A stretch of DNA of 64,000 nucleotides from Monocercomonoides exilis PA203 (lineage: Eukaryota > Protista > Preaxostyla), in contig LSRY02000014.1 of assembly GCA_001643675.2 (NCBI GenBank), forward strand, positions 682,001 through 746,000, in the 5' to 3' direction. Position 1 is the stretch's first letter. Each line of letters opens with the position of its first letter. Position numbers and translations under genes: made by a program. The notes below the pieces were generated by a model. It saw nothing but the letters and a program-made list of their open reading frames with translations, had not been told where the DNA came from and ran no database searches. This document shows, in pieces, positions 48,674 through 60,600 of the stretch.

Positions 48674-51600
48674 TCAATATCTACTACCTAATAATGATAT
48701 TGATTTTATGGTATTGCTGTCCTCGTCTTCGCTTTCGTTCTCGAAATCAATGGCATCTGATACTGTGAGCATAGCAGCTCCTGCCGGGAAATGTTGAATA
48801 AACTCTCTTTTCATTACAATGAGAGTTGGGCGGTTGCCCGGATGAGGAGAAAGTGCATGGTGAACTATTTCTGTGAATGATGCTCCCTTTTCTATTTCTA
48901 CGTTTGGCCTCTCTCCATTCACAATCTTCTGCCCTGCCACCTCTGCCTCATACTCTCCAAACGGGATTTGAAGGGTCAAACACTCCCACAGCATCATCCC
49001 AATCGAGAACGACACTGACTCCTTTGTTGCTCCCATCTTCTTGTTCATCTGCAGCTCTGGTGCCTTCCACCTCAGGCACTCTTTTTTGAAGGCATCCTCA
49101 TCCTCTTCAAATGCTGATGAGGGAAGGGAGTCATCATCATTACCATCATCGTCACTGGTAGATGTCACAACTGTTGATGATGAGATGGAGGATGAATCTG
49201 AATCATCATCTGACAATAAGTCAGAGTGCATCACAACGCAGATCACCATGTGTTTTGAGAACAGAACAATGTGCGGACTCAGATTATTCAATGATTGAAG
49301 AGGGTTTTCCATCTCATCAAATGAATGGAGTGCCAGATTGGCCACCCAGAACAGGATCTGTGCAGCTGTTTGCTCTCTTTCCTGAATACTCCCAATCGCC
49401 ATCTCCTTCTTCTCATTCCTTCCATGAAGCAGCATGAACAATGAATCCCTCAGATCCACAATCAATTTTTCATGTGGAGACGAGCATGCCATTGCATCCA
49501 CCAGATTCGACATGGATGAGGTTGTTGGGCACAGATCCTCCCCTCGAACAAATGTGGATTCCGTGTCTGAAGTATCTGTGGTTGAAGTGGATGAAATGGA
49601 TGGCGACGGTGTTCGCTTCCTTGTCTCTTCCTCAACTTCTTTCTCATCAACTTTCTCCAGCATCCATTCTGGAATCTTGTCTGAGTCCCTTCCCAAAATG
49701 TATTCAGTGGAGCCACTCTCACTCAGCAAATGCTCTGATGACTCTGAGTGTCCCAAGCTTTTCTCATACACCCTCTTCTTCATTCTCTCTTCATTCTTCT
49801 TTTCAGCCTCCCTCTCTGCTCTCCTCCACTGCTCCTCTGGTGACATCTCCATCGTCACCATCTCAAATGCTTTCGGATCCTTTTTCACTGTGTCTTCCAC
49901 AATCACTTCAAGTTCCTCTGTCCTTCTCTTTTGCTTTCTCCATCGAATGGCCAGAACAACTGATACAATGAGAACAATTAAAAGGATTATTGCCATGACA
50001 ACAACAATTATTGGCCAAAATGATTTTCCTTCTTTCTCTCCTTCAACAATTCTGTCATCTCCTTTTCCTTCGGTTTCGCTTCTGTTCTTCAGGATAAACA
50101 AATCAGTCGATGAAGGCGAATCAATCTTTCCAAACAGAAGACTCACACTCACTTCTGTCTCTGCTCCCACTGCTCCCATCTGAACCGATGAAACAACTGC
50201 AACAATTTCGTTCTCTGACACACTTTCCTTTTCTCCAATCCCATAGCTCTCAACCACCTCTTCCCTTCCATTCCTGAAGCTCAACTTCAACCAAACATCA
50301 CATGGTAGAAGAAGTCTCCCACTCAGCGTGATGATTGTTCTTCCCTCAGATCCTGTCTCATTCCTCGCCTCTTCCACAACTGGGATGAATAGTGGTGATC
50401 CTCTCTCCTCCATCATCCCGCTCAACTCGCATCCTTCATCCAATATCCAAAGTGAAGAATTATCCTTCAATCCATCTCCTCCTTTCAAATTCATCACATT
50501 CAACACTCCTGAATCTGAGCAAATGATATTTCTTCTCAGTGATGGATATCCTTCAATTGATGGGTTGTTGTTCGTGAAATTCCCTGCTTCTATTGTCACG
50601 CTTCCTCCACAAATAGAAAGACCACCAATGGAAGAGTTAACGACACTCGTATCCTTCATCATTACATTTGAATCACTCAGACGAATCAGCGACTCATTCC
50701 ATTTGCATATTCCCTCCAGGTCAGTGTTTTCATCCTTCTCTTTTCCATCTTTGTTTCTCAATCCATCAAACAAACACAAATCCATTGAAGCGCTTGCGCA
50801 TTTATTGATATCCATTGCGCAAGAACCATACCCTTTCGCGACAGCGATGCTCACTGAGCAATTTGACAGCTCCAATTGATGAATTAACTCACTGAATTCC
50901 AATGGCACTTGATCACTTTGTTGAGTGACATTTTCAACCCTCACACTCTGAAGCAACGATATCCTTTTTTCATCCTTCGATTCCATCAACACTTTTGAAG
51001 TTAGTGATATGATAGGCTCTTCAAATGATACATCTTCAAACACACTCGAAATAATGCTGATTGAATCAGATTCCCCGTTGATAGCGCTCACTGTGAGATG
51101 CAATTCAGACACAGAGCATCGTTCCAGCAAGCAACCTCCGTTAAACACTCGAATAATGTGATATCCAACAGAAGCTCTTTCTGAAATCATTGAACTGCTT
51201 CGAAATGAGCAACTGCCCAATGTTGAAAGACCACTCTTCACACATAGGAATGACGAGTGCGAATCGCTTGAAGTCGAACAATACTCAAAGCACACTCGAC
51301 TTATGGCAACATTGTTGATTGCCTGAATAATGAAGTCACTTGTTCCATTGATGGATGCACCAACATTAACAACACATGGATTTCTCAGTCGCGATGAGAG
51401 TTCCATCTCATTCAGCTCCGCTTCACCTTCGAGATTTGCCTGCTCCACAACATACATTTCACTCACATATTCCCCTGTCAAATGATCCAACGCATAATCA
51501 ATCGTGGCACACGGAAGCAAGGGCGCACCGCACTGACGATCATTCTTCCCTCCGCTTGATTGCTCTGAGCAAACATATATAGTGTCCGAAAGATATACAG

Positions 51601-54600
51601 TGATGAAATCCAGAAGATTCGTGTCTGTCTTGTGCTCTGTGCTGTCTATCCCACAAATCCCTTTTTCTTGATCCGAGATCTTCCTGAGGTCAAATCGGAA
51701 TTGCGTTTCATTGATCTGCGACGATATGCTGAAACACTGAACAAAAATATCACACCCAACCCCTGCTGTATTCGCCACAAATACCATCGTCCTGAACTCA
51801 AAATCCAACATTCCTGTCTCATTGCTCCCCACATACACCCCTCCTCCCTTTCCGATGTCTGAACAGCTGCACCGAACAATACTGCTGTTCACCATGTTCA
51901 TCCTTCCACCTCCATTAATCCACAGCTCCATAACCCCTCCTTGCAAGCTTTGCTTTGCTCTGCAGTCACTTGCAACGCTTCCATTCACCTTCATCATCAC
52001 TCCCTTTCCTGTGTCTGTTCGCATGACGCTGCACCGATCGCTCCTTCCTTGAACACCCTCCAGAATGCAATCCTTGAGTTCAACGCTTCCAACAAGATTT
52101 GTTTCGAATCTTCCAAGTGCATTTTCCTCTCCAACAATCTTCACAATCGCATCACAATTCATGTTCACTCCGGAAATAGTTGCTTTCTCAATCACACATG
52201 TGGCCTCATCCCCAACAGCAAACACACTGTCGCCAATGTTGCTCGACTCCATCCTGAACAAATGCACAATCAGCACCCCTTGCTTTGCAAACACAAGCGA
52301 GCAGGAAAACTCACTCCCATCTTTCGCAGCTGAAACAAATGAGCAGTCGCTGAGGTTCAACAGACCTCCTTCGTTCCAAATAAGAGCTTTCACATGTTCT
52401 TCAAACGCTTCTGCCTGCTCAAAGCATATATCTTCCACAAGCACTCCACCATGACTCCTGATAAACCACAATTCTCCCACACTTGCTTTCTTTTCAAATA
52501 CCACTCTGCTCTTCTTTGACTCGTCTCTCTTCCCATCCGATTTCATTTCAAACTCTTCCAAATCATGCTCATCCTGAATAACTGTTTCTTCAGAAACGAA
52601 CATTAAACGAGATTCCCCTTCGCTTTTCAGTTGTTCCATCCCTTTCCAAAACGAATTGCATGGATCTTCTTGTCTTCCACACCTTGCCACATCAAAACCT
52701 TCTTTTCCAACATACACTTCCCATCCCTCATAGGAAACCAAAAATCTAAGCAAATCCGTTTCAACAAACTTGCCATCACTCCCCACAAACATGTTCCCAT
52801 CTGTGTCTCCTTCTCCACTCCCATAATTGAATATGAATGCATCCTGATTCACAGACTCGTTGAGATCACAATCAACAATAAACACATTCCTTCCCAGCCA
52901 TGCTTCATTCTGATCAAACACCAGTCCTTCAAACACAAATCGCGGACTTTCCTCTGTGTTTGTGGTGTTCAAGAAAGCAAATCCCCCTTTTCCGTCTTCA
53001 ATACTGCATCCGCACTTCATCAGCCGCGTTCTGTTCACAACAACATTCCCTTCCCTTCCAACTTCAATCTCAGCCACTCCTCCTTTCTTTCCACCATCTG
53101 TCCTGATTCCTGTGAAGTTGCATCCTTCAATCACTGCTCTTGCAAGAAGAAGAAACGGAACAACTGAAAAACTCGAAGACTCCATCTGGCAATTTATCAA
53201 TTCCACTCCATCGCCACTTGCCTCAATCACCCCAAACTTCACTTCCGCTTCACACACAATTTGACAGCTTTCAAGAGTTAGCGTTCCTGCTTTTGAGATG
53301 ATTGCCGCTTTCAATTCGTTTTCCAGTTTGCTTGGCAATTCCAACGAGACCCTGCCAATTGTCAGACTTGCACGTGCTGTCAATACTGCTTCAAACACTC
53401 CATCTCTCTTTGGATTTCCTTGAATTACCAAAATCACTTTTTCTCGTTCTCCTCCAGTCACTCCAACAACACTTGTTTCCTCCAGAAATTCATAACAGTC
53501 TTTGACGCTCCCAACATTCACAATCTGCAAGTATCTCTCGGCTGAATCGTCAAAGTGCCCCACTCCACTCCAGATCGATTTGCAAGGAAAAGCCTCGCTT
53601 CCGCATCCCTTCACATCAATTCCTTTTCCTCCATCCACAACCACCACACCCGCTCGACGCTCCACAAGGAACAACATCAAATCAACACTCTCATCGAAGT
53701 TCACTTCATCCACCCCAGCCATATCTGCAATTCTCACTCCATTTTCATCAAATAAATCAATAGCAATCGATGCCTGTGTGGCAGTGTTGTTCAAGTCAAC
53801 ACATTCCAAAAACAGATCTTTCCCTTCTTTTCCTTTGTTCTCCTTAAACCACACTTCCCTCAGATTCATCCCTTTTCCATCGGCTCCCTCAACTTGAATA
53901 AATATTCCTCCACCTCTCCCTTTCCCCTCATCCACAGAACACATCTCCACTCGCACCCACTTCATTATTAACTCTCCTCCCAATCCCACAACACAGCTCC
54001 CTCCTCCTCCCCTTCCTTCCACTGACTTGCAACCAGAAATTGTGCTCCCATTCATCATCTTCATTCTCCCCCCTGTTTCAATCTTCCATCCACCTCCATC
54101 ATATGTGCACCAGCAGTTATCCACAGTGCATCCATCTGCTGTGCAACTGCTTCCATCACACACAACAACAAACCCACTTCCTTCTCTCCCTGAACATCCT
54201 GTAATTAGTGTTTTTGCCAGTATGACAGTCCCACTTCTCGCCTGAATGATCCCTCTTTCTCCAAAAAATATCACACTCCTCACTTCGCAATCATCAAATC
54301 TGACTGTGCCCCCTTTTCCAACAACAATCCACTTCTCACAAGCTCCATTTCCCTCTTCTCCACCACTCCAAAAGATATCACCAACAAATGAACACTGTCC
54401 AGCACACGCTTCAACAACACAATCGAAAGCACTTCCACCTCCATTCACTCCTGAAAGGTCAAACTTCACATCAGAAAACACAAGTTGTGTCAGCGCCTCA
54501 CCACTGCTCAGCACAAACTGCGCGTCTCCCCCAATCACAAGCGATGGTTTGCTTTCGTCTCCTTGGATGGTCAACGAATCTCCATTTCGATCAATCTGCC

Positions 54601-57600
54601 CACTCACTGGCGTTGTTGCTTGCAGCTGGATGATGGAATGCGTGGTGTTCATCAGCTGAAATCCCAAATCAACAGATTCACATGGAAGCTCTCGATACCC
54701 GCACAGTGTCGAATTGCTCCCATTTCCATTCACAAACACAAATCGCGACGAGCTCGGAAACAGATACTCCATCATCGTCACCCCCTCTGTGGTCTCTGAC
54801 AATCGATCAAGCACCCACAGCCGATCTTCTGCTGTATCGTTCTGTGCTGATCCATTCCAGAGCACCCCAACAATCATCAGTCGAGGTTGGATGCACTCCA
54901 CAAACACATCTTTCCCCTTCAATGCTCCATTCTCATCAAACACAATCTTCTTCATCGAGTATTCTGATCTAGTTCCCCACAAGTTCATATACAGCCCTCC
55001 TCCAAACCCACTTCCCGATGGAACTGTACTGCGGTTCACAGTGTTTTCATCAAATCCAAAATACCCTCCATCATCCACTTCCACAATCACACTTCCACCT
55101 CGTGACCCTCCAGCATCACATCCATTGTGCTCCAATGTGCAGTTCACAATCTCCACCCTCTCTGCTTCTCCAACTTTTCCATCAATCGCTCCTCCATTTC
55201 CTGCTCCTCGCTTCAACCCTGAAAATGTGCTGTTCCTCATTCCAACGCTGATATCTCCTTCCACTCTGATCACATTTCCATCTGTCTCATTTCTTTCTCG
55301 AAATTCACTGTTTGCAATCTCAACATTTCCTCCTGCCTTTGCCCTCACAACACTCCCTTCTTCACTGACTCCCACATTTCTCATATAAATACCATCCAGT
55401 ACTCCTTCAGCCTCATTTCCATCAAACAATATAACTCCTGCCTTCACAAACACACATTCTTCAATTCTGCAACGTGTCATTTCCATTCTGCCTCCTGAAA
55501 CAGCCACAATCCCCATCCCAACAACACCATTTTCATTCACAAAGTCGCACTCTTCAATCTTCAGATTCATTGAACTGCAACACATCATCCATTTTTCTCT
55601 TCCATCTCCTTCTGATCGCGGCAGCTGAAATACCATTCCATGCAACCTGATATCTTGTTGTGTTTCAATCATTCCTTTCCCGATCCCATTTCCATCCTCT
55701 TTCACTTTGATCAATGTGCCGTTCGCTTCTCCGCAAATATCCATCGGTTGTGCATCCAAAATAATATCTTTCTCAAACACAAATGAGCTCTGCAGCTTCA
55801 ATGTTGCATTCTTCTTCCCAAAAAGCACACTTCCCGCATGCTCTATCGTTTTGCATGCAAAATCTTTGAATCCACAAACTTCATAATCAATCCCACTTCC
55901 ACCCACACATCCCACAGCTGGCATCCCTCGAAACAGCACTGCCAGCGGGATCACTTGATCCACTGCATTCGACTCACATCCTCCAACATCATCCAGCCTC
56001 GCAATCTCAACTGCCTTCTCAAACTCAAATCCAATTGTCGTTCCATTCACAATCCTCTTCAGCTCCTTGCCTTCCACAAACACCCAATTCCCTCCTCTTG
56101 TTGCGCTGCATCCATCAAACACCGCATTCTGAATGCAGAATGCTTTCACCTCATCATCCACAGACAAATACATCCCTCCTCCACGCCCTCCACTATCCTC
56201 CACACTTCCAGCATGGCAATCTGAACACTCAATAGCCTGCACAGATGAAGTGTTTCCCAACTCTGTCAAACCTCCTGCCTTCACTTTCACAAATATTCCT
56301 CCTCCATTTCCCCCTGTGCTTTCGCAGCTCTCGAAGTTTCCTCCAACTATCTTCAATATTTGTTCCTCACCCACAACGCAACATACAGCTGATCCGTTCC
56401 TTCCTCTCACGATTCCTGATTTAAGCACACATTCCTCCAATATAACACCTTTGGCTCCACATGAATTGATAATCCTGCATTCCTTTCCTGACCCTTCATT
56501 ATCAAACACAGAATTCTTAACATTCAGTTGAGCTTCTGCTCCACAGACATACACCAATCCCGTTTCGGACGAGGTAGTGGCATTCAGAGATTTCATATTC
56601 GCAATATCCACTGCTGCTGCTCCCTCTATCCTCGCCAGATTACTCCCTGAAAAACACATATTGTCAACTGCCACAAATGCCAGCTCTGTCTTTCCATTGC
56701 TCGCAACAACAACACAAAATGTGCGTATTGCACCTTCGCTCAGAGATCGAAATGAGCAGTTCTCGATTCTCAATGTCCCCTTGCTTTCTTGGCTGAAAAG
56801 CGCCTCATGCTCCTGAGCAGATCCGGGAACAGAAAATAATAACAGCTTCACACAAGAATTCGGCTGCCCATTTCCTTTCATATGCAGAAGCCCTGTTTCA
56901 CCAGAGGCGCTTCCATGCACAATCACTTCGCTCATTTCACTTTTTCCATGAACAAAGCACCCTTTCTCGTGGCTCAGAGAAACACTCTCATTCAGCTCAA
57001 ACACACCCACAACCTCCACATCTTTTTCTTGCTCCTGCTGCCTCTGGAACGAATATCCCACTGTTTTGCACGGATACTCAATAAATCCGCATCCAACCAC
57101 ATCCAGTCCATTCGCTGAGGATGCGGAAATCGTGCTTCCCACATCGTGCAGCAAATACACAAGTGGTATGGCATTCAGACGATCAGCCCCATCAAAGCCT
57201 CTCATCCCATCCACTTCAGACAACTGCATGGATTTTCCAAATGGAAATCTTTCTTCAATCACACTCTCTGTCAGATTAGGCGATTCCATAAACAGATCAT
57301 TTCCATATTCTGCACTATTCGCTCCGCCTTCGCCAAATGATGGCAAAGAAACCACAAAGTTTGCATCAGCTTCATCCGCCTCAATCAAAAACCCTCCCCC
57401 CAATCCCTTTCCAGGTGTAGCTGTTGCTGTGCACAAGCAAAACGAACACTTGTTCACTTTCACAACATTCGTCTTTGCAATGTGCAAGTGCATCCCTCCT
57501 CCTCCCTTTCCAATTTCATTCACTGAGCAAGCATTGAATGTGCACTCTTCAATGAGTGCAGAATGCAATCCAGTCTCTCCACATGCAGCCACACTCATCC

Positions 57601-60600
57601 CTCCTCCATCTCCAGTTGCACGAGTGATGCTTGTGAAATTGCTTTTTGTCGCATTCATCACATTCACATTGCTCACACTCACAGCACTTCCTCCGCCCAA
57701 TTTCACAGAATCAAACAAGCAATTCTCCATCACTAGCTCTGTTCCAGCTTCGCTCTCAACACCAACAATTGCAGAAATATCCCCAAACACAACATTTCTC
57801 ATCTTGAAATTCACAAATTTCAGCAATCCCCCACTTGCCTTTGCAAAAGTGTTCATCAGCTCATCTCCACTCTCTGCCATCTCTGCTTCACAATACGACA
57901 ATAGCATGCTCCCTGCTTGGCATTCCACAAACACTTTCTCACTTGAACCCTGAAATGGAGCCAGCTGAAATCGAATGTTTGTCATTGATGTTTTCATTCT
58001 GCTCACAATCACTGCTTTCCCACTGAGCATCTCTGGACACTCCACTCGCACAGCTGTTCTTTCGCTCACACATTTCAATTCCCATTCTTCATTTCCCATC
58101 ACCGTCTCTTCCTTCCACACAAACCCTTCTTGCACCACAATCGCTCTCTTTCCATCTCCAAATCGCAAGTGAACCACTTTTCCAATTGTGCGGCAGGGAT
58201 AATTCTTGGTCCCACATCCACTGAAATCCCTCATCCCACTCCCTCCCACATATCCGCTCCCTCCAAACACAGCCAAATATGCCAGCAGTGGCACAGCCTC
58301 TTCTCCGCATCCATCCTCCATTCCCATCATATCTTTGTTTTCCATCTTTGTTGTGCCAAACAACACACTCGTGCTGCTCACAACCCTCGACAATTCCCTC
58401 GCCTCCACAAACACATTCCTTCCCCACCAACCCGAGCATCCACTGAACTGCACATCCTCAAGAATAATATCCTCTCCTCCATCTTCCACACAAATCATCA
58501 TCCCTCCCCCTTTTCCTTTCTTTGTTTCCTCGTCTGCCACACTGCACTGTTTCAAAGCTGTTTTGCTCCAGTTCCCCACCCTCAATGAACCTCCTCTCTT
58601 CACTCGAATACAAAATCCCCCACCATCTCCTTCTTGGCAGCTGCAATTGTTCAGTGACACATTGCTCAGATCAACCATTTCACCACTTCCAACCACCTCA
58701 TTGACAACACTTCCATTTCCATGAAGCCTTTGGAGGTTCTCAACCAGCACATTCTTCAGCTCAATGCCTCCCACCAGCGAATTAAACACAGAGCAATTAC
58801 TCAAAAATAATCCACTTATCTGAAGCTCGTCCACATTCAGCGTTCCAGCTCCTGAGCAAATAATCAGCGGGGATGTGAATGGCAGACCAGATCCATGATC
58901 TTCAGATGCAAATAGCTTCATTCTGTTCAGTTTCATCTTTCCCACTGAGCTCACTGCAAAGAGTGTCATCCCTTGCTTTGCTGCTGAATGCTCCACACTG
59001 AAATTCGACCCCAACAGCGATCCACTCGACACTTCAAACAAGAACTGGCCAGGAAGATTTTCAGTCTTGATCACACACTGCTCCTGAGCAACGCCTCTCA
59101 CAACGATATCCCTCAAAGGTCTTGATACTCCCCTTTTTGGTGAAAACACACTCTCCAGCAGCTTCAATCGCTGTTCTCCAGAATCTGAAAAGCTCTCCAC
59201 TACATATTCTATCGACTGGCATGCAGAACCCTCATCGATTCCACAAAAATCTTTGTCAACCCCATCTTTTTTCACAAAACGTTCCAGTATCCCATTCGGA
59301 AGCCAACTGTTCTTTTCTCCAAGTGCTGAGTGATACACTCTGTTGCCTTCTGCTCTTGTTGAAAACGAAGAAACACACAAAATGAAATTCTCCCCAATTA
59401 CAGATGTATTGTCATATATATATATGTCATTCCCTTTTTGATCGTAAGCAGAGTTGTTGTGAAAGAAAGAGAAAACAATCATTTGGTAATTTATTGTTCC
59501 TGAAAATAGAAAATAATAATAGACACCGCCTCCAAAGGAAGCTGTCGAGTTCTTAAAAGTGCATTCATGTGTTTTCATTGTATATGACATGCTACAAAAC
59601 AAAAGTGCTCCACCTCCAATGCTGGATTTCACATCGCATGTATCAAAATAACATCTGCTAACAATTGGTCCGTCTTCTTCACAGCCTGTTGAGCGGCATG
59701 CTTGAATTCTTATTCCACCACCATATGCTCTAGCGGAAGTGTTTCGACAAACGCAATCTTCAATAGAAGTGCACTGCACGATGCAAAACAAAAGCGAAAC
59801 ACCTGCGTCGCCTCTTGAATCACATCTTTCAAAAACGTTTCTTTTCCATTGAACACTCTTCCCATAATATACCATGATTGCTCCTCCGTATCTCTGACAA
59901 GTGCATGTGTCAAACAAGCAATCTTCAACAATCACTACGCAATTATCTTCACCATAAATTCCGATTGCCCCTCCTGAGTATTTTGTACTGCTATCAGAAA
60001 CTGATTCATTTGTAAAGGCTGATGAAGTGTTGTGCCATTCACATGCAATGAATTGCAGAGTGTCATTTCTCTCTCCAAGATCTTGCTTCTTCATTATTAT
60101 GTTTCCTTCAATCTTTAAGTCATTTCCTGTTTTCCTGCAACGAGCGAATGAAGTGTTAAAGGCATCCATCGCTGATTGCCCATTAATTGAACTCACTATT
60201 TCTCCATCCAGAACATTATCCACCTCTGTGAAACTGCAAGAGTCAATAATCGCCAAGCAACAACACTTATCACAAGCTGTTCGAAAATCTCTTGGTCCTG
60301 TTGCAGTCACGTTGGCAAAATCTGAATGAACGATTGAAATAATCGAAGAAGGCACAGATGACACAAATGGAATCTCAGTCAGCGCAAATGACATAAATGA
60401 CGATTCAACAATGTTCACATCATTTTCTTGAGTTTCAATAGGCAACCGATTTCCAGGGCCAACAAGAGAAGAAATACTTGTCGTTGGTTCCAATGAAAGA
60501 AGTGTCAAATTTTTGATGAGAAATGTGCTGGCAGAGCTCCTGAACATATTTGATTCAGAACAGCACGAAATGGCTATCACACATTGATCAACAAAAACAA

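Noticed and set aside
10605-60329. Many antisense and alternate-frame ORFs of 100-317 aa overlapping the large genes
   Set aside because: Explained by codon bias and low complexity of the real genes; no independent motifs.
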